DNA of 64,000 nucleotides from Longimicrobiales bacterium (GTDB taxonomy: Bacteria > Gemmatimonadota > Gemmatimonadetes > Longimicrobiales > Gaopeijiaceae). How positions within the stretch are numbered: the first letter of the stretch is position 1; each line of letters starts with the position of its first letter. The DNA is taken from NCBI GenBank assembly GCA_965249725.1, contig CBDFMQ010000002.1:1824001-1888000 (forward strand), given 5' to 3'. A model generated the notes under the pieces. It was not told the DNA's origin. It made no database searches and saw only the letters and a program-made list of their open reading frames with translations. This document shows, in pieces, positions 8,546 through 18,172 of the stretch. The position numbers were made by a program, and so were the translations under genes.

Positions 8546-9574
8546 TTGGCCCAATCGCCGAGGCTGGATTTCGAGCGTGACATCGTCGAGGTCCAGGAAC
8601 AGATTGACGGGTTGGTAGCATCCGCCGAGCGAAGCGGCTTCGACGTTTCCGCCGAACTGAGGGAGCTCCGGACCAAGTTGGACACGCTCAAAGAGTCCAC
8701 CTACCAGAACCTGACCCCCATGGAGCAGGTCCAGGTAGCGCGGCACCAGGACCGTCCATACACGCTCGACTACATCGAGCGCATCTTCACCGATTGGATG
8801 GAATTGCACGGCGACCGGACTTTCCGGGACGACGAAGCCATCGTGGGTGGATGGGCCACGCTCGACGGTGCTACAACCATGGTCATCGGGCACCAGAAGG
8901 GCCGCGACATGAAGGAGAACCTCCACCGAAACTTCGGCATGGCCCACCCGGAGGGATATCGGAAGGCCCTCAGACTCATGCGCCAGGCGGAGAAGTTCGG
9001 TCGACCGGTGGTGACGTTCATCGACACTCCCGGCGCGTATCCCGGCCTGGGCTCAGAGGAGAGAGGGATTTCGGAAGCCATCGCCCTCAACCTGCGTGAG
9101 ATGGCCCGTCTGCGGGTCCCTCTGATCTCCATCGTCATCGGTGAGGGCGGCTCCGGTGGCGCCCTCGGGCTCGGGGTGACGGACCGGATCCTCATGCTCG
9201 AGCATTCGGTCTATTCGGTGATTTCTCCCGAAGGCTGCGCAGCCATCCTGTGGCGCTCTCGAGACTTCAAGGCCGACGCGGCGACCGCCCTCAAGCTGAC
9301 CTCGAAGGACCTCGTCGCGCTGGGCGTCGCGGACGAGATCATCCCGGAGCCGGCGGGTGGGGCGCACTCGGACTGGGAAGCCACCGCCGCCGCCGTGAAG
9401 GAAGCCGTCACCCGCAACCTCGTCGAGCTGAAGAACACCAAGGTCAAAGACCTTCTCGAGCGGCGATGGAACAAATACGAGACCATGGGAGAGTGGACCG
9501 AGTCTGCCACCGAGTCCGCCACCGAGTCCGCGTCCGGGTCCGAATCGGCCTCCGGATCGCTGGGCGGGGCTTAG
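8546..9574 (+). CDS. accA: Acetyl-CoA carboxylase carboxyltransferase subunit alpha
   Basis: ARHQDRPYTLDYI, NFGMAHPEGYRKALR, GEGGSGGAL, YSVISPEGCAAILW. Confidence 0.97.
   Translation: MAQSPRLDFERDIVEVQEQIDGLVASAERSGFDVSAELRELRTKLDTLKESTYQNLTPMEQVQVARHQDRPYTLDYIERIFTDWMELHGDRTFRDDEAIVGGWATLDGATTMVIGHQKGRDMKENLHRNFGMAHPEGYRKALRLMRQAEKFGRPVVTFIDTPGAYPGLGSEERGISEAIALNLREMARLRVPLISIVIGEGGSGGALGLGVTDRILMLEHSVYSVISPEGCAAILWRSRDFKADAATALKLTSKDLVALGVADEIIPEPAGGAHSDWEATAAAVKEAVTRNLVELKNTKVKDLLERRWNKYETMGEWTESATESATESASGSESASGSLGGA
9497..9532 (+). repeat. 12-bp tandem repeat x3 (ACCGAGTCYGCS) at the accA 3' end, with a degenerate tail to about 9560
   Basis: accgagtctgcc accgagtccgcc accgagtccgcg; encodes TESA x3. 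Confidence 0.85.
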
Positions 9575-9580
9575 GGAACT

Positions 9581-10414
9581 GTGGCCAGCTTCGCAGAGGT
9601 CCGTTTCAAAGGCACCCGCAGGGAGTACTTCGCCTACCAGGACCTGGAACTCCGACCCGGATCGAAGGTGATCGTCGAGGCCGACCGCGGTGAGGATCTC
9701 GGCGAGGTGACGGCCCTCGGGACCATCGCGGAACGCAAGTGCGGCTCTTCAGGTGGCTGTGCCACTCCCCTCCCCGAAAAGCAGGTCCTCCGGTTCGCGA
9801 GAGATGGAGAGGCCGCAAAGGTCCCGGACCTGAGGGACGACGAGCATCGCGTCCGTACCGAGACACGAAAATTGGTCCAGCGGCATCAGCTGAAGATGAA
9901 GGTCACCGAAGCCGAGTGGCAGTTCGACAAGAACAAGCTGATCGTCTACTTCACGGCGGAGCGTCGGGTCGACTTTCGAGAACTCGTCCGTGATCTGGCT
10001 CGCACGTTCAGGACTCGCATCGAGCTCAAACAAATCGGCGTCCGCGATGAGGCGGCGCTGCTCGGGGGGGTCGGCCGGTGCGGCCGTGAACTCTGCTGCT
10101 CGACCTGGCTGCCCGACTTGAAGCCGGTCAGCCTCCAGCTCGCCAAGGACCAGAGGCTCTCGCTCAATCCCGCCCAGATCTCGGGTTGCTGCGGGCGACT
10201 CATGTGCTGCCTCATGTACGAGCACAAGACGTACGTCGAGGCCCGACGCCGATTCCCGCGGGAAGGTAAGATCCTGAAGACCGACCACGGAGACGAACGC
10301 GTCGTTGCCGTCGACATCTGGAGAGAGACGGTCACTCTTCGCTCGGAAGTGGGAGACCGCCGCACCGTACCCCTGGAGGAACTCAAGGGCGAAGTAACCC
10401 ACAAGCCCAATTGA
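9581..10414 (+). CDS. PSP1/RicT (YaaT) family protein
   Basis: YFTAERRVDFRELVRDLA, IELKQIGVRDEA, CGRELCC, ISGCCGRLMCCL. Confidence 0.93.
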   Translation: MASFAEVRFKGTRREYFAYQDLELRPGSKVIVEADRGEDLGEVTALGTIAERKCGSSGGCATPLPEKQVLRFARDGEAAKVPDLRDDEHRVRTETRKLVQRHQLKMKVTEAEWQFDKNKLIVYFTAERRVDFRELVRDLARTFRTRIELKQIGVRDEAALLGGVGRCGRELCCSTWLPDLKPVSLQLAKDQRLSLNPAQISGCCGRLMCCLMYEHKTYVEARRRFPREGKILKTDHGDERVVAVDIWRETVTLRSEVGDRRTVPLEELKGEVTHKPN

Positions 10415-10444
10415 GTCTCCTTCTGTAACGCAGATGATGACCCC

Positions 10445-11983
10445 TTGAACCGGCGCTACCTCACCACACCGATCTACTACGCCTCCGGCGAGCCCCATCT
10501 GGGGCACGCCTACACCACGGTGCTCACCGACTTCCTGGCCAGATACTATCGGCAGACCGGGGCCGACGTGCTCTTCCTGACGGGGACCGACGAACACGGT
10601 CAGAAGATGCAGGAGGCGGCCGCAGCGCAGGACCTGACCCCTCTCGAATTGGCCGATCAGATGGCCGAGCGCTTCGAGGCGGCTTGGAAGGACCTGAACA
10701 TCTCCCACGATCGCTTCATTCGGACGACGGAAGCCGAGCACGTGGGCGTGGTCACCACCATCCTGGAACGCCTGTGGGCGAAGGGGCAGATCTACGAAGA
10801 CGTCTACAGCGGCTGGTATTGCGTCCAAGACGAACGGTACTGGACCGAGAAGGACGTGGGGCCGGACCACCTCTGTCCCGACTGCAAGAGGCCGGTGACC
10901 TACGTGGAGGAGAAGAACTACTTCTTCCGCATGAGCGAGTACCAGCAGCGGCTCATCCAGCACATCGAGGACCACCCTCGCTGGATCGTCCCCGAAACCC
11001 GGCGGAACGAGATCCTCGGTTTTCTGGCCCAGCCGCTCCAGGATCTCTCCATCTCACGCCCCAAGTCGAGGCTGCAGTGGGGCATCACGCTGTCCTTCGA
11101 CGACGAGCACGTCTGTTATGTCTGGGTCGACGCCCTCATCAACTACGTGACCGCTTCGGGTGTGCTCGACCCTGAGGGCGGTGCGGACCAACCCGGTTTT
11201 ACAGACCCCGGCGACTCCTGGTGGCCGGCCGACATGCACCTGATCGGAAAAGACATCCTCACGACCCACGCGGTGTACTGGCCCACGATTCTGATGGCCG
11301 CGGACCTCGATCTTCCCCGACAGATCCTCGCTCACGGGTGGTGGGTGGCCGGCGAGACGAAGATGTCCAAGTCGCTGGGCAACGTGGTCGATCCTCTTGC
11401 GCTCAGAGAGGACTTCGGAACGGACGGTGTACGCTGGTACCTGATGAGGGACATGCCGACCGGCGCCGACGCGTCCTATACCCCCGAGAGGTTCCTGGCG
11501 CGGTACGAAGAGCTGGCGAACGTGCTCGGCAACCTGGCGAGCCGTGCGACGTCCATGATCGTCAAGTATCGCGATGGCGTCGTCCCGGACGCACCGGGGT
11601 CCGGCTTGGACGAAGAGATCCGGGCGACCTTGGACGCGGTGGCCGCGCATATGGACGCCCTTCGCATACACGACGCTCTGGCATCCGCCATGGATCTGGC
11701 CCGCCATGCGAACGGGTACGTGGACACCCGAGAGCCCTGGGCACAGGCAAAGGACCCGAGTCGATCGGGAGAGTTGGACGAGACGCTTGCGACCCTCGCC
11801 CGGGCCCTCACGGTGCTCACTGCGCTTTTCCTGCCGGTGACCCCGGAAAAAATGACCGACCTGGCAAAAATGTTGGGTCTGGACGGCGTCCCGCCGATCG
11901 AGGAGGCGGTGTCAAAAAACCTTACAGGACTTACGGTTACCAAAGGAACGCCGCTGTTCCCGAAGCCCGAGATGAACGCTTGA
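10445..11983 (+). CDS. metG: Methionine--tRNA ligase (short form without the C-terminal tRNA-binding domain)
   Basis: TTPIYY, HLGH, GTDEHGQK, YVWVDAL, KMSKS. Confidence 0.97.
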   Translation: MNRRYLTTPIYYASGEPHLGHAYTTVLTDFLARYYRQTGADVLFLTGTDEHGQKMQEAAAAQDLTPLELADQMAERFEAAWKDLNISHDRFIRTTEAEHVGVVTTILERLWAKGQIYEDVYSGWYCVQDERYWTEKDVGPDHLCPDCKRPVTYVEEKNYFFRMSEYQQRLIQHIEDHPRWIVPETRRNEILGFLAQPLQDLSISRPKSRLQWGITLSFDDEHVCYVWVDALINYVTASGVLDPEGGADQPGFTDPGDSWWPADMHLIGKDILTTHAVYWPTILMAADLDLPRQILAHGWWVAGETKMSKSLGNVVDPLALREDFGTDGVRWYLMRDMPTGADASYTPERFLARYEELANVLGNLASRATSMIVKYRDGVVPDAPGSGLDEEIRATLDAVAAHMDALRIHDALASAMDLARHANGYVDTREPWAQAKDPSRSGELDETLATLARALTVLTALFLPVTPEKMTDLAKMLGLDGVPPIEEAVSKNLTGLTVTKGTPLFPKPEMNA

Positions 11984-12008
11984 CATCTCGACCGACGCCG
12001 GGTATGTT
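11980..12008 (+). promoter_or_regulatory. Sigma70-type promoter overlapping the metG stop, upstream of the M23 gene
   Basis: TTGACA (11980-11985), N17, TATGTT (12003-12008). Confidence 0.6.
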
Positions 12009-12108
12009 TTCTGCTCCACCCTGGAGGATCAGGTACGATCCCTCCGTATGTGCCACGACCATTGTGGACCACGGGGAATCCTCTCGACAAAGGTGAATAC
12101 ACGCACGT

Positions 12109-13038
12109 ATGGCTGACCAACGCTGGACTTTCCTGTGCATGTCGGACGAGGGAAGCCCGATTCGCCAATACAGTGCGTCCTCACGGACCCTCCACTACCT
12201 CGGCTCCGTGTTGGGCGGTTTCACCGTCCTGGTGACGGGGCTGGCCACATTTGTGGCCGTGGACGGCTCCGCCCGGTACGAGGCACACCAGCTCAAGCAG
12301 GAGAAGACGCTCCTCACTCAGGAGCTTCTGACGATTCAGACCCGGGTCGCTCAGATGGAGAGCTCCATCGATGGCCTCATCGATCAGGACGAACAGTTCC
12401 GTCTTCTTGCGGGCCTCGGCACCATCGATGAAGAGATCTTCCAGGTAGGGGTCGGAGGGCCCGGCATGCTGACGCCCGAGTCCAGCCCGCTCTGGAATGC
12501 AGATCCGACTACGGCGAAGGAGACGTTCGCGACGTCGTACGACCTATTGGCTCTCGAGCGCCGTGCCAGACTGCTGTCGGAGAGTCTCGCTGAAGCTACC
12601 GACAGCCTGGAGGCTAACCACGACCGCCTCGAGTCGACCCCGTCGATCGTCCCGACCGAAGGGCTCCTGAGCAGCGGATTCAGCTATGCACGACTGCATC
12701 CGATCTATCACAAGGAGCTCCCGCATCCGGGCATCGACCTCCACGCCCTCAAGGGGACGCCCATTCTGGCAGCCGCCAAGGGTTCGGTCTCGTATACCGG
12801 GTGGAAGGTGGGGTACGGAAACACGATCGAGGTCAACCACGGTTTTGGATTCATGACCCGCTACGCCCACGCATCGGAAATCATGGTCCAAAAGGGCCAG
12901 AAGATCGCGCGGGGCGACGTGCTCGGCCAGGTCGGCCGAACGGGAACCGCCACCGCCGATCACCTGCACTACGAGGTCTGGGACGGTGGCAAAGCGAAGA
13001 ATCCCCTGGACTACGTGCTGAGCGGGGTCATCCCCTAG
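12109..13038 (+). CDS. M23-family metallopeptidase (N-terminal TM plus coiled coil)
   Basis: HPGID, YGNTIEVNH, YAH, HLHYEV motifs. Confidence 0.93.
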   Translation: MADQRWTFLCMSDEGSPIRQYSASSRTLHYLGSVLGGFTVLVTGLATFVAVDGSARYEAHQLKQEKTLLTQELLTIQTRVAQMESSIDGLIDQDEQFRLLAGLGTIDEEIFQVGVGGPGMLTPESSPLWNADPTTAKETFATSYDLLALERRARLLSESLAEATDSLEANHDRLESTPSIVPTEGLLSSGFSYARLHPIYHKELPHPGIDLHALKGTPILAAAKGSVSYTGWKVGYGNTIEVNHGFGFMTRYAHASEIMVQKGQKIARGDVLGQVGRTGTATADHLHYEVWDGGKAKNPLDYVLSGVIP

Positions 13039-13062
13039 CACGACACTCGCGAGCGGTTATTG

Positions 13063-13086
13063 AGGCGCCCCCAGGGCGCCTTTTTC
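13063..13086 (+). terminator. Rho-independent terminator
   Basis: AGGCGCCC-CCA-GGGCGCCT followed by TTTT, downstream of the M23 stop. Confidence 0.8.
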
Positions 13087-13169
13087 GTTGGCGCCTACCC
13101 GGCTCTCCAAGCCTAGAGCCGCTTCTTCTCGCATCCGTCTTCTGAGGATCGCGATCGACCCTGTGGACC

Positions 13170-13187
13170 TAACCGGTCAATCGGTTA
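13170..13187. promoter_or_regulatory. Palindrome TAACCG-N6-CGGTTA, candidate repressor operator
   Basis: Perfect 6-6-6 inverted repeat about 70 bp upstream of ATG 13260, overlapping a TACGTT -10-like hexamer. Confidence 0.35.
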
Positions 13188-13259
13188 CGTTTACCTTGAT
13201 TGGGCCCCTTACGGGTAGTACCTTGGGCCACTTTTTTGAAACGTGTAACGGAGTTGGAC

Positions 13260-14030
13260 ATGACGCGAAGCAAGCTTCTGCTGGGTGTGCTCGGTACGGC
13301 ACTTCTCGCAGCCTGCGGCCCCACTCAGGTTGTGGTGACCGCCGAGCTGAGTTCTGACGACCAGGCGTCCCCGGCGAGAGCCTTGGGCGATCTGGAGATT
13401 CGAATCTTCCCGTACGATCGCGATGTCATCTTCGATTCCTTGACGGCGGCGGCGACCACTCCCGAGCCTTCCATTCCCGATTCTGTGCTGAACGCTCAGA
13501 CGGCCGTCCGGGATGCTCAGCAGGCATGGCGCGACACCGAAGGTCGCTGGAACGTCCTACGCGACACGCTGCAGACCCTCAGTGAGTCGCTCGACGGCAT
13601 GAGTCGCGGAAGCGGCACGTACCGGGTTCTTTTCCGTGATTTCCAGGACCTCGAGTCCCAGTACAACAGTGTGGAGCGCGCGCGGGACCGAGCCTTCGAG
13701 AGCTTCACGTCTCTGCAAGAAGCGTCGATCGCAGCGGCCGAGGAGGTCAAGTTGCTCCGTGATCAGTGGGCCGACGAGGCCTTCGCCGAGGTGGGGGCCA
13801 TCATGGCCTCCCGTCAACAGGCCTCCGGACGTGACGTCCTGTGGGATACCACCGACGCCAGTGGCGTAGCGGGCGGCTTAGAGGCCGAGGCAGGCGCGTG
13901 GTGGGTGTCAGCGCGCTACGAGTTGCCCTATACGGAACTGTATTGGAACGTCCCGCTCACCGTTGAGGGAGGAGACCCGGTTCAGGTGCGTTTGACCCGG
14001 GACAACGCGACGTCGCGACCCAAGCTGTAA
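13260..14030 (+). CDS. Hypothetical coiled-coil lipoprotein
   Basis: GGAG RBS, ATG 13260, lipobox LAAC, long helical middle region. Confidence 0.75.
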   Translation: MTRSKLLLGVLGTALLAACGPTQVVVTAELSSDDQASPARALGDLEIRIFPYDRDVIFDSLTAAATTPEPSIPDSVLNAQTAVRDAQQAWRDTEGRWNVLRDTLQTLSESLDGMSRGSGTYRVLFRDFQDLESQYNSVERARDRAFESFTSLQEASIAAAEEVKLLRDQWADEAFAEVGAIMASRQQASGRDVLWDTTDASGVAGGLEAEAGAWWVSARYELPYTELYWNVPLTVEGGDPVQVRLTRDNATSRPKL

Positions 14031-14051
14031 ATCGTCGCATTCTACGGACCG

Positions 14052-14088
14052 AAGGCCCCGGAGATCGCTCGCGATCCCGGGGCTTTCT
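14052..14088 (+). terminator. Hairpin, probable terminator
   Basis: GCCCCGGAGATCGC-TC-GCGATCCCGGGGC followed by TTTCTC. Confidence 0.6.
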
Positions 14089-14170
14089 CGTATCCGGGCC
14101 GGTCGGAAGACTGTAGCTTGAGGGGGAGCCACACTCGGAGCCTCCTGACGAAGTGGGGTGCGGCGCGCAC

Positions 14171-16345
14171 ATGAGTTCGATCCAACCAAACGGCCTGAAT
14201 CCCTCCCTAGAGGTAGGCGAGGACGGGGTCGCACGTCTCACGTTCGACGGCCCGGACAGGAAGGTCAACGTCCTCACTGAGGCGGTCATGACCCGTGTCG
14301 CTGAACTGGTGAGCGAGGTCGGTGATCTGGCGAGACAAGGACGCGTAAGCGCCTTGATCTTCCGAAGCGGCAAGAGCGGGTTCATCGCGGGCGCCGACGT
14401 TTCCGCGATCGAGGCGGTGGAGGACCCGGCCGCGGGTGCCGACGCCGCGAGAATGGGACAGGCGGTCTTCCGGGCCATCGAAGACCTCGACATCCCCAGC
14501 GTGGCCGCCATTCACGGGGTCTGTCTGGGCGGCGGGACGGAGCTGTCGCTGGCTTGCAGCCATCGTGTGGCCTCCGACTCCCCGAAGACCTTCATCGGCC
14601 TTCCCGAGGTGATGCTCGGCATTCTGCCGGCCTGGGGCGGTACCACGCGGTTGCCACGCCTGGTGGGCCTCCAGGCGGCGCTCGACATGATACTCACCGG
14701 CCGCCAAGTCTCAACCTCGAAGGCGAAACGGATCGGTCTCGTGGACGCCGTGCTGCCTGCGGACCTGTTCGATGAAAAGGCGGTGGCCTTCGCGGCGGCG
14801 CAGACGGAACGCCGCTCCAAGGGAAGCCGGGCGCGCCGCTCCATCTTCAAACGCCTGATGGACGACACCGTACCGGGTCGCCGCCTGGTGCTCACCCTGG
14901 CCAAGAAGCGCGTACTGGCCCAGACAGGCGGCCACTATCCGGCTCCACTCAAGATCCTCGAGGTGCTGGGGCGCAGTCTCGGTCGTCCCCTGTCCCGGGC
15001 CCTGGAGATCGAGGCGACGGCAGCGGGAGAACTCATCGTCTCGACGGTGAGCAAGAACCTGATCCACGTGTTCAATCTCCGGGAAGAGGCACGCAAGGGG
15101 ACGGGAGTCCGGAACGCTGAGATAGTACCCGGGCGTGTGGAGTACCTGGGCGTCCTGGGCGCGGGTGTCATGGGAGGCGGCATCGCCCAACTGGCCGCCC
15201 ACCGTGGTGTGCACGTCCGGATGAAGGACATCAATCACGAGGCCATCTCCAGCGGCCTGCAGCACGCCCAGAGCCTCTTCGACAAACTGGTGAAGCGGAG
15301 GAAGCTGCGTCGACGGGAGGCCGATCAGAGAATGGCGCTCATCTCGGGCGGCCTCGACTACGAGGGGTTCGGGCGCCTCGATCTGGTGGTGGAGGCCGTG
15401 GTCGAGAAGATGGACATCAAGCGTATCGTCCTGCGGGAGACCGAAGAGGCCGTCGGCAGAACGTGTATCCTCGCCACCAACACCTCCTCGCTCTCGGTCG
15501 ACGAAATGAGCACCGCTCTGTCACGCCCGGAGAGCTTCGCCGGCATGCACTTCTTCAACCCGGTCCACCGGATGCCTCTGGTCGAGGTCGTACGAGGCAC
15601 CCAAACGAGTGACGAGGCGGTGGCGACCGTATACACCTTCGCGCTTGCGTTGGGCAAGGTCCCGGTCGTCACGAGCGACGGTCCCGGCTTCCTGGTGAAC
15701 CGAATCCTGGGACCCTACATGAACGAGGCCGGCTTCCTTCTGGCGGACGGGGCCAGCGTGGAGGCCGTCGATGAAGCGGCGAAGAACTTCGGCATGCCGA
15801 TGGGGCCACTCCGGTTGGTGGACGAGGTGGGGATCGAGATCAGCCGCCATGCCGGTCAGTCCCTGTACGAGGCGCTGGGCGAGCGTCTCTCCCCGTCGGG
15901 GCCACTGGTCGCCCTGGCCGAAACCGAACGACTGGGCAAGAAGGGTGGGCTGGGGTTCTATCAGTACGAATCAGGCAAGGAGAAGGGCGTCGATCCGGAC
16001 ATCTATGCCGTGCTGGCACCGAGCGTCCCGGCAGAGCGCGTCACCATGGAGACTCGGGAGATTCGGAGTCGGCTCGTGCTGGCAATGCTGAACGAAGCCG
16101 CCCGGGCGCTAGAGGCCGGCATCGTGTCCCGGGCGGGCGATGTGGACCTCGCCATGATCATGGGCACGGGCTTTCCGCCCTTCCGCGGTGGCCTTCTCCG
16201 CTTCGCGGACACCATTCACGCGCGTATCGTCCTCGCCAGGCTCGAGGACCTGGAGAACCGACACGGGCCTCGCTTCGCCCCGGCGGATCTGATCCGTCGC
16301 TTGGCTCGTGAGGACCGTGGCTTCTACGAGTCCTTTGCAGGCTGA
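14171..16345 (+). CDS. Fatty acid oxidation complex alpha subunit (enoyl-CoA hydratase / 3-hydroxyacyl-CoA dehydrogenase, FadJ/FadB-like)
   Basis: FIAGAD, GGGTELSLAC, GLPEVMLGILPAWGG, GAGVMGGGIA, ATNTSSL, GMHFFNPV. Confidence 0.95.
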   Translation: MSSIQPNGLNPSLEVGEDGVARLTFDGPDRKVNVLTEAVMTRVAELVSEVGDLARQGRVSALIFRSGKSGFIAGADVSAIEAVEDPAAGADAARMGQAVFRAIEDLDIPSVAAIHGVCLGGGTELSLACSHRVASDSPKTFIGLPEVMLGILPAWGGTTRLPRLVGLQAALDMILTGRQVSTSKAKRIGLVDAVLPADLFDEKAVAFAAAQTERRSKGSRARRSIFKRLMDDTVPGRRLVLTLAKKRVLAQTGGHYPAPLKILEVLGRSLGRPLSRALEIEATAAGELIVSTVSKNLIHVFNLREEARKGTGVRNAEIVPGRVEYLGVLGAGVMGGGIAQLAAHRGVHVRMKDINHEAISSGLQHAQSLFDKLVKRRKLRRREADQRMALISGGLDYEGFGRLDLVVEAVVEKMDIKRIVLRETEEAVGRTCILATNTSSLSVDEMSTALSRPESFAGMHFFNPVHRMPLVEVVRGTQTSDEAVATVYTFALALGKVPVVTSDGPGFLVNRILGPYMNEAGFLLADGASVEAVDEAAKNFGMPMGPLRLVDEVGIEISRHAGQSLYEALGERLSPSGPLVALAETERLGKKGGLGFYQYESGKEKGVDPDIYAVLAPSVPAERVTMETREIRSRLVLAMLNEAARALEAGIVSRAGDVDLAMIMGTGFPPFRGGLLRFADTIHARIVLARLEDLENRHGPRFAPADLIRRLAREDRGFYESFAG

Positions 16346-16952
16346 CGTCTGGGGGGTCATTCCCTGCTCCGGACTCTCGAGCCGGATGGGGACGCCCAAG
16401 GCCATGCTGGACGCCGGCGGACGCACCTTTCTGGAGCGCGTGATTCACGCCCTGCGTGAGGGCGGCTGCGCCCGTGTGCTGGTGGCGCTCCCGACGCCCA
16501 AGGGTCCGGTCGCCGCGAAGGCGAGCGAGGCCGGCGCCGTGGTGGTGAGGAATCCTTCGCCCGACGACGGCCCCATCGGCTCTCTACGCGCGGCTCTCGC
16601 GGTGCTGGATCCCGCGGTGGAGGGCGTCGCCTACTGCCCGGTGGACTACCCCCTGCTCCAGGCCGACACCGTCCGCGCACTGCTTGCCGAGTTCCATTCG
16701 TCACAAGCACCGCTCGCTCTGCCGACCTTTCGAGACCAGCGGGGCCATCCAGTCGTGTTCCGCCGGTCCGTATACGGCGAGTTGCTCGGCGACGACCTGC
16801 CGCAGGGGGCCAAGACGGTCGTGCACCGGCATCTCGCCACGGCGGCCCTCATTCCGGTCGAGGACGAGGGCTCGGTCATCGACATCGACGATCTGACCGA
16901 TTACCGTCGGCACTTCCCCGACGCGTACCGCAAACGCTTTCATGCCCGCTGA
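16335..16952 (+). CDS. Nucleotidyltransferase, MocA/YgfJ-like (molybdenum cofactor cytidylyltransferase-like)
   Basis: GLSSRMGTPKAML, PVDYP, GHPVVF, DIDD; adjacent to xdhC-like genes; start approximate. Confidence 0.85.
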   Translation: MQADVWGVIPCSGLSSRMGTPKAMLDAGGRTFLERVIHALREGGCARVLVALPTPKGPVAAKASEAGAVVVRNPSPDDGPIGSLRAALAVLDPAVEGVAYCPVDYPLLQADTVRALLAEFHSSQAPLALPTFRDQRGHPVVFRRSVYGELLGDDLPQGAKTVVHRHLATAALIPVEDEGSVIDIDDLTDYRRHFPDAYRKRFHAR

Positions 16953-17015
16953 AGCCCTAACGCTGAAGCCCTAACGCTGAAGCCCTAACGCTGAGCCCCA
17001 ACGATGACGTCCAAA
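16947..17015 (+). repeat. 14-bp tandem array CGCTGAAGCCCTAA x3 plus 2 degenerate copies spanning a stop-to-start junction
   Basis: First copy contains the upstream TGA; last copy (cgATGAcgtccaaa, 10/14 identical) contains the downstream ATG. Confidence 0.9.
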
Positions 17016-17840
17016 CACCACTCCCTCTCGGCCGCCAAGGCCGCCGAGGAGGTCTTGGCGGCTCAGGAAGCACGCGAGCCCTCGGCGGTCATCGTGCCCG
17101 TGGACGGGCCCGCGGAGCTGGTCGGACGACGCGTAGTCGTCCGCCAGGCCGAAGACGGTACGGTGCGGCGCGTCGGAACGTTCGGTGACACCGGCCTGGA
17201 CGAAGCGGCGATCGGCCTGGCCGAACAGGCCCTGCACGACCCCTCCTCGAAGGTGGACGGTGTCCACGAGCTGATCTCTACCGGCGGCGACCCGATCACC
17301 GTATATGTGGAAGGCCACCATCCGCACCCGGAGCTGGTGATCGTCGGAGCCGGTCACATTGCTCAGCCACTCTGTGCCATGGGCGCCCTGATCGGCTTCC
17401 GAGTCATCGTGGTCGACGACCGGCCCGACTTCGCCACCTCGGAGCGGTTTCCCGAGGCGGATCGGGTGGTGCGGGTGGACTTCGCGGACCCGTTCGCCGA
17501 CATCCTCATTCACTCCGCGAGCCACGTCGTGCTCGTGACTCGCGGACACAAATACGACTACGAGTGCCTCCGACAGCTGCTCAGGATGGAGGTCGAGCCC
17601 CCTTATGTGGGCATGATCGGAAGCCGGCGACGCGTCCGTGCGGCCTTCGCGCAACTCGTCAACGAGGGCTTGCCCCGGGATCGTCTCGAGAAGGTCCGGG
17701 CTCCCCTGGGCCTCGACATCGGTGCCGAGACCCCCGCGGAAATCGCGGTGAGCGTGGCGGCTGAGATCGTGCTTCTTTGGCGGGGTGGGGCCGGCTCTCC
17801 GCTCGCCGACAAGGAACGTGTCCTGGAGAGGTTCTTCTAG
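17004..17840 (+). CDS. XdhC-family protein (C-terminal Rossmann-like domain)
   Basis: LVIVGAGHIA, VDDRPDFA, VTRGHKYD, YVGMIGSRRR, APLGLDIGAETPAEIAVS. Confidence 0.92.
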   Translation: MTSKHHSLSAAKAAEEVLAAQEAREPSAVIVPVDGPAELVGRRVVVRQAEDGTVRRVGTFGDTGLDEAAIGLAEQALHDPSSKVDGVHELISTGGDPITVYVEGHHPHPELVIVGAGHIAQPLCAMGALIGFRVIVVDDRPDFATSERFPEADRVVRVDFADPFADILIHSASHVVLVTRGHKYDYECLRQLLRMEVEPPYVGMIGSRRRVRAAFAQLVNEGLPRDRLEKVRAPLGLDIGAETPAEIAVSVAAEIVLLWRGGAGSPLADKERVLERFF

Positions 17841-17842
17841 CC

Positions 17843-18172
17843 ATGAATCGACAAGACGACTACAACCTCTTCCGGGCCATGAGCGAGAAGGTGCGTGAGG
17901 GCCGCCCCTGCGCTCTCGCCACCATCGTCGCCACCAAGGGATCGGCACCCCGTAAGGTCAGTGCGAAGATGCTGGTCGATCCCGAACGCGAACTGGTCGG
18001 GACGGTCGGAGGAGGGTGTGGAGAGGGCGAGGTCATCGAGGCGGCGCTCGAGGTGATCCGTACCGGCCAAGCTCGCATGGTACGGGTCGATCTCACCGAA
18101 GACCTGCTCTCCCTGAGCCCGGCCGTGTGCGGAGGGATCATGGAGATCTTCGTGGAGGCCGTGGGCGTGTGA
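17843..18172 (+). CDS. XdhC/CoxI N-terminal domain protein
   Basis: ATIVATKGSAPR...AKMLV, GTVGGGCGE, CGGIMEIFVE. Confidence 0.9.
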   Translation: MNRQDDYNLFRAMSEKVREGRPCALATIVATKGSAPRKVSAKMLVDPERELVGTVGGGCGEGEVIEAALEVIRTGQARMVRVDLTEDLLSLSPAVCGGIMEIFVEAVGV

